A DNA stretch of 64,000 nucleotides from Eutreptiella sp. 'Long Island Sound 2002' (GCA_964036045.1 OZ038378.1:38068001-38132000), one strand, 5' to 3'. Shown: positions 22,906-35,264, numbered from the stretch's first letter. Program-made: numbers and translations. The notes: generated from the letters alone by a model not told the origin.

Positions 22906-25523
22906 GATAGCAACGCCCCGCCCCATGGCATGGTGCGCACCCTGACAGAAAACTACGAAAGACACACGTCCGGGCTGCACACTAGTGTGCAAGACCAAGG
23001 GGACGAAATGGAAAACCCGGACATCCTGGAGTCAACCTCAAACCCCCCATCAGAGGATACCACTGAGCGGGAGCCCCCCCAGAATGGGGAACCTAGCACA
23101 CCACCTGACCAACGCACCGAAGGGCTTAGTTACGTCCCCCCTCCACCCCAAGAGGATACACAGGCGTACACATTCCACGAAGACGGCAACAAGCCACTGG
23201 ACAAACTACCCATACACACACCTACAGAGTACCAGCTCATAGAAGAACTCGTAAAGCTCAACACAGGCGCGTCACAACAACCACTGACAACAGCAGAACA
23301 AGACACATTGAAAGCATCAGTTGTGTACGACGCACAAACCAGGCTAAAAACGTACTTAACAAAGCACCCAAACCGTGCAGTGACCACAGAGCACATCTGG
23401 AGGCAAACACAGGAAGGGGTATGGTATGACAGGAACACCTACCAACTCCCTCTGTTTGCGCAACACAAACTGCGCGACGTCATGGCGGTGAGGCACGAGG
23501 CAGACTCTGACGGTATACACACGGTATCCGAGATGGCTGAGGCACACCAATACACAGTACACACGGAAGCCGACCATCAAGGGAACCCCGACATCCGGAA
23601 CAAGACATACTTACTACTGCCACATGCAACCGGGACCCGCCGCAACCATGAACGACGCATGCAGCGCGCCGCCATACAAACGGAATGGGGCGGAAGCGAG
23701 GACGAACGGGTTGACCAAGTCCTACGGGCACTCGGCGACCCGGGGGCCAAGGAGCTGATCCTGGCTTACGAGGCGGACCGCCAAGGAATAACAGCACTAC
23801 AAACCTACCGCATGGACTGCCTCCACCGCGCCCCCCTGCACAAACTGGCCCGCTATGTGAGGGGCGTATACCAATTCGACAAGATCCCCGTACGCAAGTG
23901 GTCCCCGGAACACGAAACAATGGTCGACCACCTACAACCCAAACCCATCATGGCCCTCCACCTAGACAACACCATAAAGATGGGACACGAGCCCACGCAC
24001 AAAACATACGCACTCACGAAGGGCACACCCATACAAGTGGGACTGGAAGACCGCACAGACACACTACAACCAGAACCGGCCAAGACTACAATCGTAGTGG
24101 AGTGCCCACCAAAAACGGGCATTAGGACACGAGACGCATTTATGAAACGGATCAACGGCCACCAGTCTGACGTCGCATCCACCATAGCAAGCAAAGACCC
24201 CCACAACACTTTTTGGTGGAAGTGCGCATCCGAACACACCGCGGGGCAAAGTGGGTCGCACGCCTGGAGACTACACCTGCCCATGCAATTGCTGCCTCGC
24301 TTGGCACAAGCACTGCAGACCATAAAACAAGAGAAGGAAAACGCCGGCAACCCTGGGCCCTACTGGCTCACCGAAACGGACTATGAGAGTCTGTATATAC
24401 TGAGACAACAATACACGGAACACACAGAAGACAGAATAACGTCCGTACAGGAGATACTGGACGACCTAGACAGAGAACAACTCGAGCTAGGAAGGAGCGT
24501 TGCATCCTTCCTCAAGGGGTTCCGACCAGTGGACTCATACCGTCTACTGGTACAGTTCCACCCAGACGCAGACCGACGCTTGATTGCCCAACTACTAAAG
24601 GGCATGAAAAGCTACGACGTGGTCCACGTGATGACCAACGTCATCCTCAACCGCAACAACTGGACACAGTCCACGAGCCGCTCTAGGGACATCAAGCGGC
24701 CACCAAAACCGACTAGGCGCGACACCACGACGGTGTTCGTAGGGTGGACACAGGGCGCAGGAGACGACACGGCGAAAGTTGTGGCATCATTCTTTGGATG
24801 CTGGACCAGCTGGAAGCCGGAACCCGACATGTGGAGCGACGCGGGCTGCACCTACGCCTCCCTACAATACCAGCACGCCACAGCAGTGGCCCTCAGTGCC
24901 GGACAATACATCGGAGTGGCACCCGGTGAATACGTCCACATCACGCTAGAAGACGACAACACGGATACACAGGCGGCAGAGCGCATCGACCGGATGCTCG
25001 CACACAAAATGCCGCAGGAAACGGGCGACGACGCGGCCTTCAGGAGACGAATGAAGGCAGGGAAACAACTGGGCTCAGACATGATGACTGAACGCGTCAT
25101 CAAGGAAATCAACAGGGAAAAACAGCTGTTCGCAGAGCCGGAACCCATCAACGTGGCAGACTGGGACGAGGCCATCCTGAACGAACTCGGCCATACCACT
25201 AACGACGACATCCCATCAGACACCCACCCAAAGACGGCCACCATGGACACGGATGTAACCCCCGTCTAGCAACCAGACAACCCGGCAAAATTAACCAAAA
25301 CACACGCACGGCAGCCAAACCCAGCACAGAAAACCAAGGCCCACAACAAGACACCACAGAAAACACCCACAAAAACAACGCCACCACCAAAAAAGAAGAA
25401 GGCAGCACCTGCATCGCCGCAATCCACACAACAAGCAGACAGTGCGCCTGCCTTCACCGTGGACAACAGACACAAGGGGAAAGGAAAGGGGCTGCCAAAA
25501 AACCCGCAGGGCAAAGGGAAAAA

Positions 25524-28500
25524 GTGAGGTGCCTGTTCCTCATGCCCTCCCTCGCCATTATGGCCCTCCTCCTACTCGTGGCCCCCACGCATACTGAGGG
25601 GCCGGTATATCTACTCCCCGTGAACCGGAGAGTCCGCAGACGATATACCCCGCCATTACGCCACGGGCACGGTTACGCACGGGGCCCCGACCCCCATAGT
25701 TACCGTATATGGCAGCCAGGCATACTCCTCCTCTATATCATCTGTTTCTTCCACACCCCGACCGCCCCTATCACGGCAGCGCCATGCCGCTACCATGCAC
25801 CTGTCACGATCACCAAGGTAACCAGCCCATATAACACGCGGTATAACACCAACTGGGTCCTCCAATGCGGAGACGTGCACCCCAACCCCGGGCACCGTAC
25901 GATACATCAGCTCCGGCGGGGATGCCGGGATGTGCGGGGACCCCCCATACCGTTACTTGACATTGAGGAGTATGCTCAACACTTGGTGGTGAACACCAAT
26001 CGACGGTATGACAGTCTAGACGACGCAACCACCGCAAAGGACCACGACATGAAACTGGCCTCCTGGAACATACAAGGAGCACAGGGATCCGTCAGTCCAC
26101 AACGCTGGGCCAATACCCTCCACCTAATCAGCCAGTGCCGTATCGACCTATGCGGCATCCAGGAGTATAACCCCGGTTTCCCTAAACCAGGGGCAGCCAC
26201 AACAGCACTCAACAACGACTACAAGTGCTACGCTGCGCCAGGGACCGAACCACGGATAGCTTTCATTGTCCGCAACGCTGTGGTCCCCCACATACTCGAA
26301 ACGTTATACTCACCTAACGGTTTGGCAGGGGCCATCAGGATACAGCTCCCAAACAGCCCCCCGCACCGTTGCGTGTGTATACTCCAAATTCAACCAACAG
26401 GACAAACAAGAGGTAGACCTATTTCTGCAGTCCCTGAGACCATACAACATCATTATGGGGGACTACAACGATGACATTTGGTCACCCAACCCGACACGCC
26501 CGTGGCAGGAAGACCTGGCCAGCGGAGTGTTCCTGGACCCTTTGCATGCTAGCAGCCAACCCCCGGACCCCCGGCAATACTATACCCGCAAACCTAGGCA
26601 CGGACGCCCACGTCGACTAGACGCCATCTTGATTAGGCAACAAATACCGAACATACCCTGGACCTACTATGACACCATACAGATGCCCATATCGGATCAC
26701 GCTTTGGTCCTGCTTGGGGTCCGATGGAGGATAGGGGCCCCCGACCCACCACGCAGAAAACCACAGCCCACAGTCGCGAAGTGGTATACTAAACAATTTC
26801 AACGGTCTACTAACACCATATCCACCCTACCCGTAACAAACAACGACCCACCTCTACGCACGGCACGACGGATACTATCGGCAATAGCGTACGCGGCGCG
26901 ACCACGACAACCCACACGCGCAAAGACAGCAACAACCGCAAGCTAGTCTGAAACCACGGACCCCAAAGCACGGTTACGAGAGTACGGGGAAATACAAGAG
27001 CAACACATACGGAGACAAGTCGGCAAACTGCGCCGAGCAGCAGTGCACAAATCGGGCTATTTTTATAAAATGGTCAAGAGATGGCGCACAGGACTCATAG
27101 CCCAAGACACACCGCGGCCCCCAATAGGAGGAACACAGTACGTACTCAACCACTTTGCGGGCGACCCAACATACGACGAAGACGCGTGCCGGCAACTCAT
27201 ACGGAAACATGTACGGCACCGCACGTGGAACACAACGACCCCCACATACGAGGAGTACATGCGGTGCCTTCGGGCACCAAAGAACAAATCTGCCGGACCT
27301 GACGGTGTCCCCCCACACCTGCTCCGGCACCTACCGGACCACGTGCAGCGGGAACTATACCAGGCAATCGTTGCAGTCTGGAACGGACAGCACATCCCAG
27401 TGGCTTGGCTGCAGTCCAGGGTAGTGCTCATCTATAAAAAGAAAGATCCTCAGGACCCACGAAACTACCGGCCAATCTACGTATCCACGGCCACATATAG
27501 TATACTCACACGCCTCCTCCTAACGCGTATATCGGGGGCCTTGCCCCCGTGATTATTGGACATACAACACGGCGCCACACAGGGCCGAAACACCACAACG
27601 TTAGCCACGAAACTATTAAACGACCTGCACGTTGAGGATGGATACGTGGCCCTACTTGATGTGGCCAAAGCTTTTCCTTCAGTCCCCCGGCCCATGCTGA
27701 CTGGGATCGTCAAGGAGGCAGGGGCTCCAGAAAACATCATACGGATGTTGGGGGAAATCTACCAGCATACACCGGCCGTACTAACCCTACACGGAAAGGA
27801 CCTACCCATGCAACCCACCAGGGGTATGAAGGAGGGGTGCCCCCTCTCCCCAACACTATTTCTCCTATACTACGACATACTGTTACGTGAAACCATGGAA
27901 CGGTGCCCGGGAGCCCGACTTTACGTGTTCGTTGACGACATAGCTGTGCGTGCGCCCACGAAGGAAGCATTGCTGCACACCCTGGATACCCTCCATGACG
28001 TGGCCTACACAATGGGGTTACGCTTCAACAAAGACAAAACTGAAGTGTGCCACTGGGCTAAGGACTACGACCTAACGCCCATCACGTGGCGGCATTAGCT
28101 CATCCCCGTGCGGCCACCTATAATGACTTACCTGGGGCATGTGCTTGCCCACCCCACACAAGAAGACACAGCATGGGACATGGTCACCACACAACTACAC
28201 CACGACGTAGCGGCGTACAGGACCCTGCCGCTCAACGCTTACGAAAAGGTGGCTATCATAAACGCCGTCCTTATCCCCCGTTGGACGTACAGGGGACTGT
28301 TCCTCGGAAATAGGACACGAATGGCGCACTGGGACGACATGCTGCTGCAGTTCATCAGGGATACACCCGGGGTAGAACCACAAATGAACAAACACCGGCT
28401 GACTACCAACCTCAGTCACGGGGGACTAGGCCTACGCCAGCTGTGGTGGTCCTACATCACCCGGTGGGTCACAATAGGCCAACAGGAACTGCAGCACACC

Positions 28501-30678
28501 GGCCCTACACAACAACTCACCGCAACCCAATATAAATACATAGACGCCGTCCGAGCCCTAGGGGGCACGGTGGGTCAGCGTATATCCCAACCCCGACAAC
28601 ACCGACCCTTGTCCGCGGGACTCTACGACTCGGAGAGCTCAGAGGAGGACCAGGAGACGCATGCAGGGAGGACACGGCCAGCAACCAACCGCTTAGACTA
28701 CAACTGGATGAACCCCCCTGAGGAACCAACCCCTGAGGAAACCCACGAGGTATGTCAGGCACTCCCCCACCGGCAAAAACTCCACGGAATCACCATACAC
28801 TACACAGGAGAACCCACCACCACCCGGTGGTACACAGACGGGTCAAAACGACACGGACGAGCGGGAGGGGGTATCTACAACTGAACATACCGGGCGGCCT
28901 TCCGGGTGCACGGGCCACAACAGGTTTATCGGGCCGAAACGATCGCTTGCGCCTTAGCTTCAGAGCTGGCCAAGCCAGGAGACGACATAATACTAGACAA
29001 CCGGAGTGTGGTGAAAGCCACACCTATAAAACGCAAAGGAGTGGTCAAGGACCAGGACTACCGCGACATAGGGTACCTCAACTCCACCACGAAACGACTG
29101 ACGATCCAATGGACACCAGGGCACCGCAATCTAGAACAAGCCACCACGTATAAAGACTACCAGGACATACAGGGGAACAACCACTCTGACGTCCTCGCCA
29201 ATATGGGCGACAACCTGCCCATGGATTCCCAACAACCACAACCCCATGATATTGTCATCACAGGACAGATCATGCCCACGCCTGCCAAGGCATGGATCAT
29301 GCAAGTGCGTAGACAAAAACAGACACCAGACGTACACTGGGTGAGCTGGCTCCCCATGAAGCACTACAGACGGAACGCGTGGACACCCTGGCTGTGGGGG
29401 CAAGTGCGCTGGTGGGGAATGGGCGCCCCCTGGGAACGGACACCCCGCCTCCGCTCCCAGTGTGGCCACCAACACGGAGCATCAGTACAATCAAAATTGG
29501 CTTACTCTCCTGCCTGGAGCGACTTCTGGGACCTGTGGCGCAAGAGCTGGACTGATTGGGCCCCATACACGCACCAATGGCTGCAAGCGGCCGACAACCA
29601 AGAGCTATGGCTCTGTGTCAGGCTGCTCATACCACTATCGCTCGTCGACGCCATACCCACTGCGGAACGACACAAACTGCGAACGGAGGTGGGCCTGTTC
29701 CAGTTTCGCATGATACAGTCCGTCCAAACACTAAGACGAAAGTACGCCGATCCAACACCACAACAACCACCGTAGGCCCTGTGGCTCACCAAATACATGG
29801 CACAGGCACTTCCGCCGCGAGAAACGCCCCAAAACCTACGGAACCACGTCGGGGCGCCCACGTGGTGCGGCGCGAAACGCAACCTTAAGGCCGAGGTCGC
29901 GACGGCTGACCCAATCGATCCCGGCCAATGGTTACAAGATGCACGCAACGCGGGCGATAGTGAGGCAGTGGCATGGTTCGTCGCACGAGCAACTAACACA
30001 GGGGAAGACGACCGCATCAATAAACGTCAGCGCCTCAACGGTGACACACAGCGGTGGGAACAGTACAAGACGACCACAGACAGGCTGGCACATGAACACG
30101 CTCAGCAAGCACGGGACATATACCACAAAGCACACATGGAGGCGGTGGCGAGACAACACCTGCACACCCTACACATGGGCTACACCAATGCACTGACGGC
30201 TAAAACAGACTACTACAGGCTTGTCATCAGACTAGTCGACCAACAGAGACAAGCACAACGACTGCATGACACACATGCACACCTATACCAAATACGTATG
30301 CAATGGTACGAACAAGCGAAGGACGACACACGGATGTGGTACGCCGACGCAAAACTGCTACTGATGGTCAACGACCGATACTGGAGGCTGAGCGCAGGCA
30401 CTGACAAGCTACTTGACCTGCACCATCAACAAGCGACCTACATGTGGTAGCAGCAGACACACCTTGCTGCCATGGCGCACTGCTACCAAGACGCCTGCAA
30501 ACACAAGACAACACAATACTGGCAAACAACCCGATCAGCCCGACGGACAATATACCTGATACGGAAGCGGCCGCGGGAGCACTGGGACCCCACCTTGTGG
30601 GAAGTCCCGTTACAACCGCTACCGAAACGCCACAAAACGCACTGGGACCCAAATGAGTGGGAAGTACCAGTGACATGA
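25524..30678 (+). pseudogene. LINE ORF2: 2A-like motif, APE endonuclease, reverse transcriptase, RNase H, long C-terminal extension
   Basis: VLQCGDVHPNPG(H) at 25872; LASWNIQG, CGIQE, IMGDYND, RLDAILI, SDHALV; KSAGPDG, NYRPI, LLDVAKAFPSV, GMKEGCPLSP, YVFVDDI; WYTDGS, RAET, ILDN, WTPGH, GNNHSD. One frameshift near 26360; in-frame stops at 26944, 27550, 28096, 28882, 29773 and 30448. Confidence 0.92.
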
Positions 30679-30831
30679 CTACACCAACCTCAATGGGAAG
30701 CCATGGGGGCACAGCCACGAGCTGCAGCCCGTATGCATACCCTGGCTTCGCCGAAATCTGTATCTTATCTAGTCTTGTTCGAACTTGGTCCACTTTGGCC
30801 CCGGGCACTTATGAACTGGCCTATTTGATCC

Positions 30832-30845
30832 AAAAAAAAAAAAAA
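30832..30845 (+). other. Poly(A) tail of the LINE
   Basis: A14 whose last two A's overlap the start of the right TSD (30844-30858). Confidence 0.85.
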
Positions 30846-30999
30846 GGAAGGGTCGCCTAGGAACCTGCCTCCAAATGACATGGTAGTGCACCGCTAAAGT
30901 GACGGACCACACTTATGGGGGGTGTTTTGGGGCTCAAAATAAGCGTATAGGAACTATCACGACCCCGGTGTGGGACCAAGGGAGTCAACTTTTTTCGGG

Positions 31000-31145
31000 C
31001 AGGAACCCCCCTAGGAACCCCTTCCTAGACCGTTCCTGCACCCTTCCTGGACCCCTTCCTGGTAGGAACCCTCCTTCCTAGACCCTTCCTAGACCCCTTA
31101 CTGGCCAGGAACCCCCCCCTTCCTGGCCAGGAACCCTCCTTCCTA
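31000..31145. repeat. Element B subterminal cluster (AGGAACCCCCCTTCCT variants, forward)
   Basis: aggaacccccctaggaacccc, aggaaccccccct tcctggccaggaacc and variants. Confidence 0.85.
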
Positions 31146-33350
31146 TGGCCCTTCCTGCCCCTCAAAGGCAGCCGGTTCTCGCAATGTCTGCCTGTCCTTT
31201 TGCTTGGGATTGGATGATGGCCGTCACAAGCCCGGCCGGCACACGTGGTTGCTCCCTTCCGGAGGGGCAGACGTTCCACGACACGGCCATCGCAACCAAC
31301 TCCGCCGTGACTTGGCCGCCGGGCACGAGCATCGGCCGGGTGCGCATCACCAAGTCCATCCTCCGTGACAGGGACCCCTGTGCCCTCTCAGACCTCATTG
31401 CAGAGACAGGGCGCCGGAACCCCGACATCACCGCTTTCCATGTGCGGCCCAGCGGAGCGGACTACTCCTCCTTGCTGGAGTCCCTGTCGACCCGCTTTCC
31501 CAGCGACCACGCGCGGATCCACAGCCATTACATGGCTGCGCACCTTGTCGATGCCGAGCCGCCCACCACCCTCCGCTTCACTTCTACGAAGCTCAAGCCT
31601 GCGACTTTCGCCAAGGAGGGGTGGCACAAGGAGGCGGCAAAGCGGAAGCTCTTCCTCTTCGATCCGCGGCAGTCCGGTGAGGCGACGCTGCCCATCTACT
31701 CGCTCTCCAGTCGCTTGGCGTGGGAATAGGACGGCGACGGTCCCGGGCTCACCTTCCCGAGTGCGTATGCGGCTAGCGGGCTCCTTGCCCTCCCCGTCAC
31801 CTCCAGGCCGCTGTTTGTCGCGCACGAGGATCCGCTGTTGGAGCTGCCGAGTGACTTCCCCACTGCCGTGAACAGCGACCCCAGTCAGCTTGCCGGCCTG
31901 CAGCACTTGTTCATCCGGAGTCTTTTTGCGGAGTACGAGGTGGAGGAGGCGCACAAGGAGGCACTGGCGATCGCCGAGGAGCGTTGGGCCCGGATCTTCA
32001 ACCACAACCGCCCAGTTGCCGGCCGAGCTCACGACCCACCGCAACCGCAAGATGGTGTGGGGGAAGCCGGAGGATATGGCGAAGCATCCAGACGGTGAGG
32101 AGCACATCCGCCTCTGGGACCCGCCGCGCCTGTGGGCCATTGTGACGCGGGTGAAGGCCAAGTTTGAGGCGATCTTGGGCAAGACGCTGCACGTCATGAC
32201 GCAAGGCTACATCGACTCCATCACCCACGTCCGCCAACTGCCGCACCGAGAATTCCCAGCAGCGTCACTGCCTGTGGATGGCATCGCCCTCTCCGTGTTC
32301 TGTGCTCTGTCGATGGACATCCCTGATGATGAGGTTTGCGCGCAGTTCGTCGCGATGTCTGCACGTGCGTTCCCTCGGCCTTGGATCATCCACCGCATGC
32401 CGATGAGAAGGGGTTCCCTCTGGGTGATCTGCTGGACGGTGGTGCATGAAGGTGGCGGCCTGCCATTGGCTGCGGAACCGGGGTCCCGCCGAATTATTGG
32501 GTTCTGTGGATTGTCGACGCACACCTTCTCTTACGCCACCACGCACGCGATCACGCCCCCGTTCTGGGCGCACAAGGCCGCTATCACTTGTGGGGTCCAC
32601 GGATGCCGCCGGAAGCCGCCAAGTGAGAAGTGCTTTGGGTGTGGAGTCCAAGTCCTTTGCCGCAATCACACGGGGATGGAGTGCAGCAAGTGCGACACTA
32701 AAGCAGTAGCAGCAGCAGCATCTGATCCGGGGAGTGCCGAGGCCGCTGATCCGAGTCGTGTCCCTGCCCTGCAGCACATGGTGACCTGTTTGATTCCATC
32801 GGATGGGACAACGCTTTACACGGGGCATTACGAGGCAACGCCCGCACCACATGTGATTCCCGCTGACACAACCCCCCAGCCGGAGGACTGCCCGCTGGGG
32901 GGGCATGCACACGAGAGCGAGTGGCTGCCCTGGCCGAGATCGGAACACCACGCCCTGTTGGTTACGCCGCCTGGGAGCATTCTGGTGGTGGTGAACGGCC
33001 GCTTTGGAGGATTCGCCCTGGGTGCCGAGGAGAGCAGTCACGTTTTGGTGTACCGGATGGAGATGGCACCACCCGAGCCCAGACCCGTGGACCCGAGCTT
33101 GTTGATGGCCGCCGGGGCGATCGTTCGGAACACCAAGGCGGCACAGGAGCAGGCCTTTTGGTGTGCATGCCCGCAGGTTGACACTATGTCCCCTTTGATT
33201 CGCAGGGCCTTTGGTTGGAGGGGTTCACAATGCAATGGGGCAAATATACGGTCAGTACTGCGTGCCAAGGGTCAGCAGCAGTGGCAATGCAAGGGGAGGG
33301 CCGTTGGAGGGCTTCAATTGGGCAACGTGTGTGGGCTGTGGCATGTGCAT
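31145..33350 (+). pseudogene. Element B cargo gene 1: unknown N-terminal domain + 2OG-Fe(II) dioxygenase-like domain + zinc-binding cluster
   Basis: 31145-31729 and 31838-onward share a frame across TAG 31727; frameshift near 32020; RQLPHRE (32244), LSVFCALS, MRRGSLWVICWTVVHEGG (H at 32445), SRRIIGF, then CGVHGC..CFGC..LCRNH..CSKC. Homologous to element A ORF 156-878. Confidence 0.6.
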
Positions 33351-33354
33351 GTCA

Positions 33355-33495
33355 CTCAGGAACCTCCCCCCCTTCCTGCACAGGAACTGTCCCAGGAACC
33401 CCTAGGAACCCCCTTCCTGCACAGGAACCCCCCCCCCCTTCCTGCACAGGAACCCCCCGCCCCCTTCCTGCGCAGGAACCCCCCTTCCTGGACCA
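33355..33495. repeat. Element B internal cluster (forward orientation)
   Basis: Several copies of aggaacccccccttcctg. Confidence 0.85.
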
Positions 33496-33499
33496 CTTC

Positions 33500-34681
33500 C
33501 TGTCCCGTTTTGTCGATGACACTTCCCGCACTTCTCTTCAGGCGGATGTCGACGTGTACCCGCGGCTGGTCCTGAAGTCCGTCAATGAGGAGGAGTGGGC
33601 GGCCCCACTGCCAGTGGCACCATCGGAGGCTGCATGGACCGTGGATGGGCGAGCACCAAGTCTTCAAGATCCTCCGAGATGGGTGTTGCAATCGGCGCTG
33701 ACCATCACTGACATGCACAGTCCTGTGACCAGGCAGGGGGGCACGTTCTGGTATCGCGACTGCACACTGACCGTCCGGAAGGGGAAGGCAGCCACTGCCC
33801 TGCAATTGCGGTTGCCAGTGGCATGTACGGACAGTCTGGCGGAGCTGCCCCAGGGGCATGCAAGACATGGCAAGACGTACGTGGTTGCGGAGTACTTGTG
33901 CCATGTTGGCCATGCCAAGGCCAGCAACACATGGTCGTTCTTGGTGTACAGCGAGCAGACCAGCTTCAAGACGCTGAAGAGTCTACCACGGCTGACGGGT
34001 TTGGATGCCGGTGTCCCCATTGAGGTGCACAACGCGGTTGACGATTGGCTGGAGAAGTACCGCAAGCGGCAAGAACAGGGTCAATCGGGTGGACGGTCAC
34101 ACGTGAAGAAGGACCCCGGCACGGAGGAACGTACACAGCCACTGTGGCAGCAACCTGGGGCCGAGGTCAAGCCGGAGCAATCAGACAGGGCAGCGCGGGG
34201 ATCCGTGAAGCGTCCTGCCCAGAGGACCATCATCCCCGACTCCCCCTGCAAGCGGCGCGTACCTGGCAGTCCGGGACGGGCAAGCCCAATGGCGATGGAC
34301 ACGGGGACAGTGATCACGCAGCTGGCACCTGGGTTGCAGGAGGTCGTGCGCACGGCGTTGAAGGAGGTGTTGCCTAATGCCGTTGAGAAGGCGATCGCAA
34401 GTGGCGGCAAGACCCGGGCAGAGCGGGCCACGGAGCAGGCAACCAAGAAGGAGCGCGAAGCACGGGAACAGGTGGTCAGGCAGGAGGCAACCATTGCAAG
34501 TATGCAGGCACGACTGAATGCCCTGGAAGACCGGTTGGAGGCTGCTGAGGACGCGGCGCGCGAGGCGCAGGCAGGCAGGGTCAAGGCCGAGTCTGTGCTG
34601 CTGGAGAAAGCTGCGGAATCTGACGGGGCGTTGAGCATCCTCAACCGGACGTACGGCCAGGGCCCCAGCCCCAGCAAGTGA
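33500..34681 (+). CDS. Element B cargo gene 2: unknown protein with C-terminal coiled coil (start uncertain)
   Basis: Open frame 33215-34681; EQATKKEREAREQVVRQEATIASMQARLNALEDRLEAAEDAARE. Confidence 0.5.
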   Translation: MSRFVDDTSRTSLQADVDVYPRLVLKSVNEEEWAAPLPVAPSEAAWTVDGRAPSLQDPPRWVLQSALTITDMHSPVTRQGGTFWYRDCTLTVRKGKAATALQLRLPVACTDSLAELPQGHARHGKTYVVAEYLCHVGHAKASNTWSFLVYSEQTSFKTLKSLPRLTGLDAGVPIEVHNAVDDWLEKYRKRQEQGQSGGRSHVKKDPGTEERTQPLWQQPGAEVKPEQSDRAARGSVKRPAQRTIIPDSPCKRRVPGSPGRASPMAMDTGTVITQLAPGLQEVVRTALKEVLPNAVEKAIASGGKTRAERATEQATKKEREAREQVVRQEATIASMQARLNALEDRLEAAEDAAREAQAGRVKAESVLLEKAAESDGALSILNRTYGQGPSPSK

Positions 34682-34961
34682 TGAGGAGTGGCGAGGCACG
34701 GCGGCGATGAGAGCGCAAGGATCCCAAGTGTCCCTCTGGCCTGGTGGCTGTTAAGGGGTGCTCGGGTTCTGCCAACCTGTGTGGGCATGCATGAGACGTG
34801 GAGAGACAACCCTTGGTGGCAGACTGCAAGGCAGTTGCGTCCCGTTGGTTGCAGTGCACGTGTGCTGTGACCAGGCCACTCCCAAGATTGCACGCATGCA
34901 TGCATGGCTGTGCGAACGCGCCAAGGGTTGTGCAACGCGGTGCGCACAAAAAAATCCACAC

Positions 34962-35008
34962 CTTAACCCATAACCCTTATAACCCATGATTCATAACCCT
35001 AACCCTAA
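34962..35008 (+). repeat. Degenerate telomere-like (TAACCC)n tract
   Basis: ttaacccataacccttataacccatgattcataaccctaaccctaa. Confidence 0.55.
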
Positions 35009-35264
35009 TTTTGTGCGCGACAGTCGCGTAGGATACTAGTCACGTCGTGCGCAGGGGGCGTAAGGTGGTGCCACGAGCGGGGAGCTTCACATAGCTTCAC
35101 CCTTGGGGGCACCACCGAGATTCCCAAGCTCTCCAAGCATGGACGCAGTTGCATCGCATGTGTGGTTGCAATGCCCCAATGTGACAGCAGTGTTTGAGAG
35201 GACCAGACTGTCTGAGAAGGCAACCGATGGGGCAGTACACCGAAACACCAGGTAAAGGAAGGGG

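Larger units (their letters stand above)
17232..25527 (+). pseudogene. LINE ORF1 polyprotein (~2700 codons if repaired): Ubl domain, four 2A-like motifs, RING finger
   Basis: ORFs 17182-19116, 19120-20022, 20851-21552 and 21598-25269, plus 25270-25527, are all in one frame. In-frame stops at 19114, 21550 and 25267; probable frameshifts near 17410, ~19620 and ~20840. Confidence 0.7.
17173..30845 (+). mobile_element. Apparently full-length ~13.7-kb APE-RT-RNase H LINE with giant ORF1
   Basis: 15-bp TSD aaggaagggtggcct (17158-72) / aaggaagggtcgcct (30844-58); A14 at 30832-30845; two long reading frames. Confidence 0.9.

Noticed and set aside
24349-24360. NPGP at ENAGNPGP as a further 2A site
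   Set aside because: Lacks the D(V/I)E part and the W..D.T.DG context shared by the other motifs.
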